Shown: piece by piece, positions 1 to 7,486 of the stretch | Numbering within the stretch: the stretch's first letter is position 1 | Layout: the number at the start of each line of letters is the position of its first letter | From: Octopus sinensis | Taxonomy: Eukaryota | Assembly (NCBI RefSeq): GCF_006345805.1 | Contig: NW_021827003.1 | Coordinates: 1 to 11,209, forward strand | Reading direction: 5' to 3' | DNA length: 11,209 nucleotides | Made by a program: the position numbers and the translations under genes | The notes under the pieces: model-generated | What the model saw: only the letters and a program-made list of their open reading frames with translations | Database searches by the model: none | Told to the model about the DNA's origin: nothing

Positions 1-555
1 TCGTATTGCATCTTACGGCTGTGCCTGTCACCTGGATGGTGAGGAATCCTACATTAGGAGTGGTAACGACTAGGGTAGGGCAACTGACTGCTTATTGTGA
101 TCATTCGTCTTTTGGTTTCCTGTAGCTTTGCTCTCTTTTACAAACCCAGTGAACATATATTTCCTATTTCAAAGAAATTCAAACAATAGATATAATACCC
201 AAGTTAAAAAGATTTTCAACAATTCAACTTCTCTGGTTGACATTAAGATGCTCACCCCCAACAGGGGCCTTAACTCTCAAATTTTAGAGCTCCATGACCT
301 TCATTTTTCAGGAACAAAATCTTTTTAACAAGTTAAATAAGACTGGAATTTTGGAATATGCGCATAAAAATCAGGATTATGGGATACATGTGGCACGATT
401 ACAATTTTTTAGGGTGTGTAAAGATTGAAATAACCCTCATCTGCAATTTTGATGAAATTCGAAACATAGATATTCCAGTTCATCACAGAAGATATAACAG
501 AAAAGTCTAATTCTCCAATTGAATGTAACCGGGCAACGCCGGGTATCTCTGCTAG
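1..555 (+). mobile_element. 3' end of a Helitron-like element (5' part probably outside the window)
   Basis: CCG-G-GC-AAC-GC-CGG hairpin at 529-542, then CTAG at 552-555 followed by T. Same terminal signature as 5056-5083. Left extent is assumed. Confidence 0.6.
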
Positions 556-749
556 TTATATATAAATATAAAAAAGTAAAAGATATGCAATAAATATAAA
601 TATGTATATAAAAGTAAAAATGTACATATATATATATATATATTCTTTCTTTTATTCTTTTACTTGTTTCGGCCCGAACACTTCTTTAAAGTAATTCTAT
701 ATATTTCGCAAGAAAGAACAATAATATTATGTATATACATGCCACCATC

Positions 750-913
750 GGGGGGACAAACACAAACACACACACAGTTTCCGTCTACCAAATTCACTCA
801 CAAGGCTTTGGTTGGCCTGAGGCTCTAGTAGAAGACCAAGGCGTCACGCAATGGGACTGAACCCAGAACCATGTGGTTGGTAAGCAGGCTACTTACCACA
901 CAGCCACTCATGC
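750..913 (-). mobile_element. tRNA-derived SINE family 1, 5' head (CORE-like segment partly deleted)
   Basis: Minus strand reads GAGTGGCTGTGTGGTAAG (A-box-like) and GGGTTCAGTCCC (B-box-like). Homologous to 1081-1217, 7950-8178 and 8344-8387 in this window. Confidence 0.8.
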
Positions 914-920
914 ATATGTA

Positions 921-939
921 TGTGTGTGTGTGTGTGTGA

Positions 940-986
<47 letters not shown>

Positions 987-1000
987 TGTGTGTCTGTGTG
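921..1000. repeat. (TG)n microsatellite
   Basis: Near-pure TG run. Confidence 0.97.
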
Positions 1001-1080
1001 TAGTTTGACAAGTGTCAATGCACGAAACTCTCGCCCCCCGAGTCACTCTGTTGCTTCTGCTAAATATTAATAAACACATA

Positions 1081-1217
1081 TATGACGAGCTTTTTCAGAT
1101 TCCGTCAACCAATCTACTCACAAGGGTTTAGTCGACCCGGGCTATAGTAGAAACAACCGCTCAAAGTGCCACGCAGCTGGACTGAACCCGAACGGCTTAC
1201 AACACAGTCACGCCTGC
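1081..1217 (-). mobile_element. SINE family 1, diverged 5' head
   Basis: Aligns by eye to 775-913 (ttccgtc..cc..at..actcacaagg..ttt.gt..g.c; ggactgaaccc; acacag.cac.c.tgc). Confidence 0.7.
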
Positions 1218-1244
1218 TTCTATTCACATATATACATGATATAT

Positions 1245-1474
1245 ATTTCTTTTGCTACCCACAAGGACCTAAACATAGAGGGGCAAACAAGGACAGACAA
1301 ACGGATTAAGTCGATTACATCGACCCAGTGCAAAACTGGTACTTTATTTATCGACCCCGAGAGGATGAAAGGCAAAGTCGACCTCGGCGGAATTTGAACT
1401 CAGAACGTAGCGGCAGACGAAATACTACTAAGCATTTCGCCCGGCGTGCTAACGCTTCTGCCAGCTCGCCGCCT
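1245..1474 (-). mobile_element. tRNA-derived SINE family 2, near full length
   Basis: Minus strand starts AGGCGGCGAGCTGGCAGAAGCG. B-box GAGTTCAAATTCC at 1401-1389. Conserved block GTCGACTTTGCCTTTCATCC..GGGGTCGATAAA. Second copy at 10881-11056. Confidence 0.85.
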
Positions 1475-1943
1475 CTTGCATGTAAATCTATGTGCGTATA
1501 TAGACACAGTTATACATACACATACCTAGTCATGGATGGCTACACACACGTACACATACACATGCAAGTAGACACACGAGTGTACACACAACCACACACA
1601 TATGCACGCACACACACACACACACATACACACTCGCACGCACGCACATAATCTCCTTTCCTCTCACCCTTATTCTTCTAAGCAAACACACATCTACACA
1701 CACATAGAAAGGCATGCATGCACGCAGACATAAGATTAATTCGCGGCCAAATTCAGGGCAGACGTCGAAGAGAAAGGACAAGCTATTGAAAAGGTCGCGA
1801 AAAATAGCGACGAACGAACTTTCACGAAGAAATAAAACTTTGATTGTTTAACCAGCACGTTAAACAAACGATCGATTACGAAGTTGGTCAGATGTGTAAC
1901 CATATCGTTATTGGCATAATGACCCTCCCAAGAAGCAACAAGA

Positions 1944-2026
1944 TGTGTGTGTATACGTGTGTGAGTGTGTGTGCGTATGTGTATATATGTATGTGTGTGT
2001 GTGTATATGTATGTGTGTGTGTGTGT
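1944..2026. repeat. degenerate (TG)n/(TA) tract
   Basis: Simple repeat directly preceding a SINE family 1 tail. Confidence 0.85.
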
Positions 2027-2159
2027 GGCAAAAACAGACCGATAGAATAAGTACTAGGCTTACAAAGAATAATCCCTAGATTCGATTTGCTCGACTAAAG
2101 GCAGTGCTCCAACATGGCCAAAGTCAAATGACTGTAACAAATAAAAGAATAAAAGAGTA
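2027..2159 (+). mobile_element. SINE family 1, 3' half
   Basis: GACCGATAGAATAAGTACTAGGCTTACAAAGAATAA...AAAAGAATAAAAGAGT matches the reverse complement of 10586-10807 and 6954-7058. Confidence 0.75.
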
Positions 2160-2181
2160 ACCAGTTGTAACTGGTCATTGA

Positions 2182-2182
<1 letters not shown>

Positions 2183-2220
<38 letters not shown>
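2183..2220. repeat. (TA)n microsatellite, left flank of Helitron
   Basis: Pure TA run ending at the CTAG terminus. Confidence 0.97.
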
Positions 2221-2221
<1 letters not shown>

Positions 2222-2609
2222 TAGCAGTGTCGCCCCTCGTTGCTCGGGTTTGTAAGGGAAATAACTATATAAGCATTTTTAGAGATGTAAAGAATAATAG
2301 CCATCTCAATATGGCTAACCACAAAGGTGTAGCTTTTTACATTCTGAGATTTAATAATACATTTTTAGAGAGTTACTTCCCTTATATAAACCAAGCGAAA
2401 ATGCATTAAAAATGCGGAAAAAATGTTGGTAATTTTTTTTTTAAATCGTAAACTCATCGTAGACGTGCGCTAATACCCAGAAGGGCTCGATATGAATCAC
2501 GACTATAAGATACCCGCTTTTGGTTACACTGCACCGCAAAATGAGGGAGAAGTTAGGAATCTAAATCGTAGGAGACAGACACACAACTTCACTTTTATAT
2601 ATAAAGAGA
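2221..2609 (-). mobile_element. Non-autonomous Helitron, 389 bp, both ends present
   Basis: Minus strand: A|TCTCTTTATATATAAAAGTGAAGTTGTG...CCCGAGCAACGAGGGGCGACACTGCTAG|T. 5'-TC, 3'-CTAG, A|T target, no TSD. Hairpin partly mutated relative to 5056-5071. Confidence 0.85.
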
Positions 2610-2652
2610 TATATATATATATATATACACACATACACATATATATATACAG

Positions 2653-2712
<60 letters not shown>

Positions 2713-2755
2713 TATACAGTGTATATATACATATTATATACAAGGTATATATATA
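2610..2755. repeat. (TA)n-rich tract
   Basis: TA run with CA/CAG interruptions. Confidence 0.92.
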
Positions 2756-3356
2756 ATTGAAAACAAGTGGATGTATTCCACTGAAACTAGGTAAATAAAA
2801 CCTTAGAACAGAGATTGTCAGAAGCGACACCTACTGGTCTGACTACGCTAAAACCTCCCTTGTTCGAAGGTTATATGGATACAGTTTGTGTATCAAATAG
2901 CTAACTTAAGGCGATGGCCTCATGGAGCTAATAAGCGGACAGCTTTATTCTTATTTTTATAAGAATGCCATATTAGTATGGCGATAACTATTATTTTCCA
3001 GGAACGCTGCCGTGATCTCTTTAAGAGAGACTTAGTAATTTTAATATTTCTATTATTGAAAACAAGTGGATGTATTCCACTGAAACTAGGTAAATAAAAC
3101 ATTCGAACAGAGATTGTCAGAAGCGACACCTACTGGTCTGACTACGCTACATTGAAAAGGGGCAATACCCCGAAACGCGTCTGTAGCTGTCGATCACGTA
3201 GTGTGGAGCGACTGACCTCCCTTGTTCGAAGGTTATATGGATATAGTTTGTATATCAAATAGCTAACTTAAGGCGATGGCCTCATGGAGCTAATAAGCGG
3301 ACAGCTTTATTCTTATTTTTATAAGAATGCCATATTAGTATGGCGATAACTATTAT
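2756..3356 (+). mobile_element. Terminally redundant 362-nt-monomer element containing a hammerhead ribozyme (retrozyme-like or Penelope pLTR-like)
   Basis: 2756-2850 = 3055-3149 (2 mismatches). 2853-2994 = 3215-3356 (2 mismatches, offset 362). 60-nt spacer at 2995-3054. (TA)n on both sides. The repeat is directly seen; the element class is inferred. Confidence 0.75.
3146..3187 (+). ncRNA. Type I hammerhead ribozyme, U3-A8 core variant
   Basis: Stem I GCUACA/UGUAGC. Core UUGAAAA at 3152-3158. Stem II GGGG-caaua-CCCC. GAAA at 3172-3175. Palindromic helix III ACGCGU. GUC triplet at 3179-3181. Confidence 0.82.
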
Positions 3357-3557
3357 ATATATATATATATATATATATAATTTGAGGGAATATTATTCAT
3401 AACTTACAGGAGGGAAAAATTCAATTTAGAAATACTAAATCAAATTTCACAAAATATATATATATATATATATATAAAATTAGAAAAAAACACCTTTTAT
3501 CAATTCAAAATGAACAATTAAATTACACCATCTAGAAAATTACATATAATAGAAATA

Positions 3558-3788
3558 TCTTCTATATATATAGAAGTGAAGTTGTGTGAGTGTCTGTCTC
3601 CTACGATTTAGATTCCTAACTACTCCCACATTTTGCGGTGCAGTTTCACCAAATTCGGGTATCTTATAATCGTGATTCATATCGAGCGCGTCTGGGTATT
3701 AGCGCGCCTCTACGATGAGTCTACGATTTTAAAAATAATTTACCATAATTTTTTTCCATTTTAACGCATATTTTTTAAATAAAGGGAA
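3558..3788 (+). mobile_element. Helitron 5' portion (same family as 2221-2609), lacking its own 3' end
   Basis: A|TCTTCTATATATATAGAAGTGAAGTTGTG start. Collinear with the reverse complement of 2609-2380 up to AAGGGAAG, then diverges. Confidence 0.8.
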
Positions 3789-4076
3789 GGCGGCGGAGTT
3801 GGCGTCCATGGTAACACCTGCACCTGTGTTGCTTCTCCCCCTTCTTCCCTCCCTCGTGAAGCTGTGGGGAAGGGAATGTAAGGAAATCAACGTCGTAAAG
3901 CGTTGTCAAGGAGACCAGCGTTCTTTTAGAACAACGACTTCATGGCTTGAAGACACCAAAACAGAAATGGCTAAGAAAGCCCGAAAGCAAATTCTACAAA
4001 ATCGGGAAACACGCCACACAGGGAAGGTTTCCCGTGCAAAGAATTTGCACAACCGAATGTTTTAGTTGTTGCACAA
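3789..4076 (+). repeat. ~288-bp module X, copy 1
   Basis: Diverged direct repeat of 4498-4781; shares e.g. GGAAATCAACGTCGTAAAGCGTTGTCAAGGAGACCAGCGTTCTTTTAGAACAACGACTTCATGGCTTGAAG. Confidence 0.9.
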
Positions 4077-4195
4077 CTTTTACTTAAAAAGTATTATCCA
4101 AACACAAACTTTTGAAGGCAATATTGTATGGCGATGGTACTTGTGAAATATGGTAATGGATTTAGTAGCCAAAAGGAGAGAGCAGAGGCATAGTA

Positions 4196-4456
4196 TGGTG
4201 GTGGGGGAGGCGGTGGTAGTGGCAGCGGTGGTGGCGGTGGTGCTGGTAGTGGTGATGGTGGTCGTGGTTGTGGTGGTCGTCGTGTTTGTGGTGGTGGTGC
4301 TGGTGGTGTTGTTTTTGTTGTTGGTGGTGGTGGGGGGTGGGGGGGTGATGATGGTGGTCGTGGTGGTCGTGGTGGTCTTCGTGATGGTGGTGGTGATGGT
4401 CATGGTGGTAGTGGTGATGGTGTTGGTCGTGGTGGTGGTGGTGGTGGTGGTGGTGG
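4196..4456. repeat. degenerate (GTG)n trinucleotide microsatellite
   Basis: Source of the poly-V, poly-T and poly-H ORFs. Confidence 0.95.
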
Positions 4457-4497
4457 CTGAAGCTGTCGTCTGGGTTCTTCCAATTTTTTCGTGTGTT

Positions 4498-4781
4498 GGT
4501 GGCGACGTTGGCGTTCATGCTCGCACCTGCACCTGTGTAGCTCCTCCCCTTCTCCCCTCCCTCGTGAAGCTGTGGGAAGGCAGGGTAGGGAAATCAACGT
4601 CGTAAAGCGTTGTCAAGGAGACCAGCGTTCTTTTAGAACAACGACTTCATGGCTTGAAGTCGCCAAAACAGAAATCGCTAAAAAAGCTGAAACAGATCCA
4701 CAAAAACGGCAAAAACCGCCACACAGGGCAGGTTTCCAGTGCAAACAATTTGCACAACCGAATGTTTTAGTTGTTGCACAA
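4498..4781 (+). repeat. ~284-bp module X, copy 2
   Basis: Direct repeat of 3789-4076; ends immediately before the Helitron 5'-TC at 4783. Confidence 0.9.
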
Positions 4782-4782
4782 A

Positions 4783-5083
4783 TCTTTATATATAAAAGTG
4801 AAGTTGTGTGTCTGTCTCCTACGATTTAGATTCCTAACTACTCCCACATTTTGCGGTGCAGTTTACCATCATGTTTTACATTTTAATGCATTTTTCGCTA
4901 TTATATAAGGGAAGTAACTCTCTAAAAATGTCTACGATGAGTCAACGATTTAAAAAAAAAATTACCATCATTTTTTATTTCATTTTTAATGCATTTTTTT
5001 GCTATTTTTTGCTATAACTCTCTAAAAATGCTGATATAGTTATTTCCCTTACAAACCCGAGCAACGCCGGGCGATACTGCTAG
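4783..5083 (+). mobile_element. Non-autonomous Helitron, 301 bp, internally rearranged
   Basis: A|TCTTTATATATAAAAGTG start. CCCG-A-GC-AAC-GC-CGGG hairpin at 5056-5071. CTAG at 5080-5083 followed by T. Confidence 0.88.
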
Positions 5084-5183
5084 TTAAATATAAAATAACA
5101 ATAATATACCGATGATTAAGTAATGTGCAAAATAATAAATAAATCGTATATATCATGAACTGATAAAAGGTTTTTTTTTTCTA

Positions 5184-5223
<40 letters not shown>

Positions 5224-5225
<2 letters not shown>

Positions 5226-5838
5226 CAATATAAGGGTAGCAAAAAAATTCAAGAAAAAATTCAAGAAAAATTTTCCGCAACCAGCGGTCAAGTGAGAAAG
5301 AAGAAATAGTCACAGACTATATAATATATTCAACAACAGTATTAAGGAATGACCCTGACAGGCCGTTCAACTCACTTGAAAGAGCAGCTAAACTCAAACC
5401 GCAAAATAGTAGTAATTCTGAAACTAAAGGAGAAATAAAAACATTTATCCCCTTCAACTTTGGACTATGCATAGTTTCGACGATTTTACGTAATCGAATT
5501 AAATTAAATTAAATTAAATCCGTTTACGATTGGCTTGTCTCGTCAGCAAAGTAGCCAAGGAAAAGGAAAATATATACACACGAGGCAACACCATCGAAGC
5601 TTCGAGTTTATATATCCTAAATTTTCGAAATCCACCGTAACCGCGCCATCTACTCAGCAGCAAATATAAACTGCTGATACAATTTCAGAATTAGTCAAAA
5701 AATCATTAATTAATCAATATAAGGGTAGCAAAAAAATTCAAGAAAAATTCAAGAAAAGTTTTCCGCAACCAGCGGTCAAGTGAGAAAGATGAAATAGTCA
5801 CAGACTATATAATATATTCAACAATAGTATTAAGGAAT
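5224..5838 (-). mobile_element. Terminally redundant 489-nt-monomer element containing a hammerhead ribozyme
   Basis: 5224-5350 repeats at 5713-5838 (3 substitutions, 1 indel; offset 489). Flanked by (TA)n at 5187-5220 and 5838-5850. Strand assigned from the HHR. Confidence 0.75.
5457..5552 (-). ncRNA. Type I hammerhead ribozyme, canonical core, extended stem II
   Basis: Minus strand: ACUUUG / CUGACGA (5546-5540) / GAC...GUC / GAAA (5478-5475) / palindrome ACUAUGCAUAGU / GUC (5465-5463) / CAAAGU. Stem I is a perfect 6 bp. Confidence 0.9.
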
Positions 5839-5868
5839 ATATATATATATTCAGTCAAACTAATGCAC

Positions 5869-5918
5869 CTGCTTGCTATTCCTGCACCTGTCTTCGTCTT
5901 TTGTTGTTTTCTGTAAAT
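5869..5918 (+). repeat. Interspersed repeat fragment with an inverted copy at 6905-6951
   Basis: CTGCTTG.T.TTC.T.CACCTGTCTTCGTC..TTGTTTTCTGTAAAT; about 42/50 identical by eye. Confidence 0.75.
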
Positions 5919-6084
5919 ATATCCTTTTATATATCTGTGCTGCAAGATTCTTGATGTGAAACCGTGCGTTGAAACAGATATTGTTGTATTTCGAGATAGC
6001 TATTTTTTTCCCTCTTTTTGCCAAATAAACAGGCGCACTATATAATTCCCTTTTCACTCATTTATTACTGTTCTTATTATGTTT

Positions 6085-6133
6085 ATCGTCCGGAAATCTT
6101 TCGTCACACCTCTGTGAACTCTTCAGCGACACT
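6085..6133 (-). ncRNA. Minimal type I hammerhead ribozyme, slightly decayed
   Basis: Minus strand: AGUGUCG / CUGAAGA (6126-6120) / G-U-UCACA-gagg-UGUGAC / GAAA / AGAUUU near-palindrome / UUC / CG-G-ACGAU. Confidence 0.72.
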
Positions 6134-6358
6134 TTCCGTCTTCGTGTGTACTCTTGCTCCGCTTTTAAACATATACACACATACGCGAGTAAATATACGG
6201 GTAAAACCCTTGTGGTATGCTATATAAAGCTCGTATAAAGTCTTACTCAAAGAAGGTGCATTTCACACCTTGAATTGGTGATAATGATTACACAACATCT
6301 CACCAATGAACAAGTGTAAAAATGTGTCGAAACAATTGTAATGTTCATAGATAATGTC

Positions 6359-6430
6359 ATATATATATATATGTATGCATGTATGTATGTATGTATGTAT
6401 GTATGTATGTATGTATGTGTGTATGTATAT
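6359..6430. repeat. (TA)n + (TGTA)n microsatellite
   Basis: Tetranucleotide run. Confidence 0.93.
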
Positions 6431-6789
6431 ACTTACATATATATGTATTTACATATGCATATATGGGTACAGGATGTCACAGAAGGTAAACAACATGAAA
6501 TACGAAATACGAAAATATGGAATACGAACTTTTTTGCGAACAGCGAAAGAACAATATTATCGATAATGCCCGAAATTGCGTTTGACCTCTCTGCTGATAA
6601 CTATGAAGAATTTGTGACCTTGTGTGTTTTCTGTTCGCCTGTGCATTTAGTATGTGTTCGTTTGTTTATTTACTATACGTTTATTTTTAATTATATATAT
6701 ATAGATATGTCATATTTTCCGTTTGTTGTCTTTTTATTTAATCCTGAAGATATTATTTATGTAACGCACGCACTCATTAATCTTTTACC

Positions 6790-6801
6790 TATATATATAT
6801 G

Positions 6802-6847
<46 letters not shown>

Positions 6848-6897
6848 GTGTGTGTGTGTTGTTGTGTGTGTGTGTGTGTGTGCGCGTGTGTGTGTGT
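6790..6897. repeat. (TA)n(TG)n microsatellite
   Basis: Simple repeat. Confidence 0.95.
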
Positions 6898-6953
6898 AGT
6901 TCAAATTTACAGAAAACAAACGACGAAGACAGGTGAAAGAACAACAAGCAGAG

Positions 6954-7058
6954 TTTGAAGGTTTTTTAGTTATAGAAATCGACCCCAAGACTTACTCCTT
7001 GGAACCCTAGCACTTATTCTATCGGTTTCTTTTTCCAAAACGCTAAGCTTCGGGGACA
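6954..7058 (-). mobile_element. SINE family 1, 3'-half fragment
   Basis: AAATCGACCCCAAGACTTA...CTAGCACTTATTCTATCGGT...CGCTAAG..CGGGGAC matches 10640-10750. Confidence 0.7.
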
Positions 7059-7060
7059 TG

Positions 7061-7065
<5 letters not shown>

Positions 7066-7155
<90 letters not shown>

Positions 7156-7158
7156 TTA
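7066..7158. repeat. (CA)n(TA)n microsatellite
   Basis: Simple repeat. Confidence 0.95.
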
Positions 7159-7486
7159 TAAAATGAGATAGGGGTTGTAAATTCAACCCTCCATGGGATA
7201 ACATATATCCAATATACTGCTAGAGAAGTACCCAACAAAACTAATACATAAATGTTAAAAATTGCGATGCAATTAATTCATCTACTGTATTATGTGGGCA
7301 AGGGTAAAATTATTACCGTAAATTAATAATACAAAATGAGAAAATGGAGAAATATACCTAAATCAATCATCAACCATCAGATAATACCCAATCAATACTT
7401 TATTAAACCATTACACAACAGCAATGACATTATACATAATATATTATAAATACAACTAGACATAGAAATAGAAATAGAAAATACAA

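Noticed and set aside
1245-1474. tRNA genes at A/B-box motifs
   Set aside because: No cloverleaf; the boxes sit in multi-copy SINE heads.
1786-1822. UUGAAAA-G-GUCGC/GCGAC-GAA hammerhead-like string
   Set aside because: GAAC instead of GAAA, with no helix III or adjacent stem I; possibly a fossil but unsupported.
2221-3788. Possible TIR transposon formed by the long inverted arms
   Set aside because: The arms are Helitron 5' regions with their own TC/CTAG signatures; no TSD.
3799-4065. ORF shared by the two module X copies; another frame gives KETSVLLEQRL, faintly like Helitron N-terminal repeats
   Set aside because: Frame sharing follows from nucleotide identity, and the resemblance is too weak without a profile search.
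4080-4605. Poly-Val, poly-Thr and poly-His ORFs
   Set aside because: Products of the (GTG)n microsatellite, open in several frames.
2756-5838. CRISPR array or LTR retrotransposon reading of the direct repeats
   Set aside because: Repeats are 127-300 bp with only two copies each; no TG...CA ends, PBS, TSD or coding region.
6744-6750. CTGAAGA on the plus strand
   Set aside because: No downstream stem II or GAAA.
6341-6958. 205-aa ORF
   Set aside because: Non-ATG start, bounded by (TGTA)n and (TG)n repeats, AT-rich, no motif.
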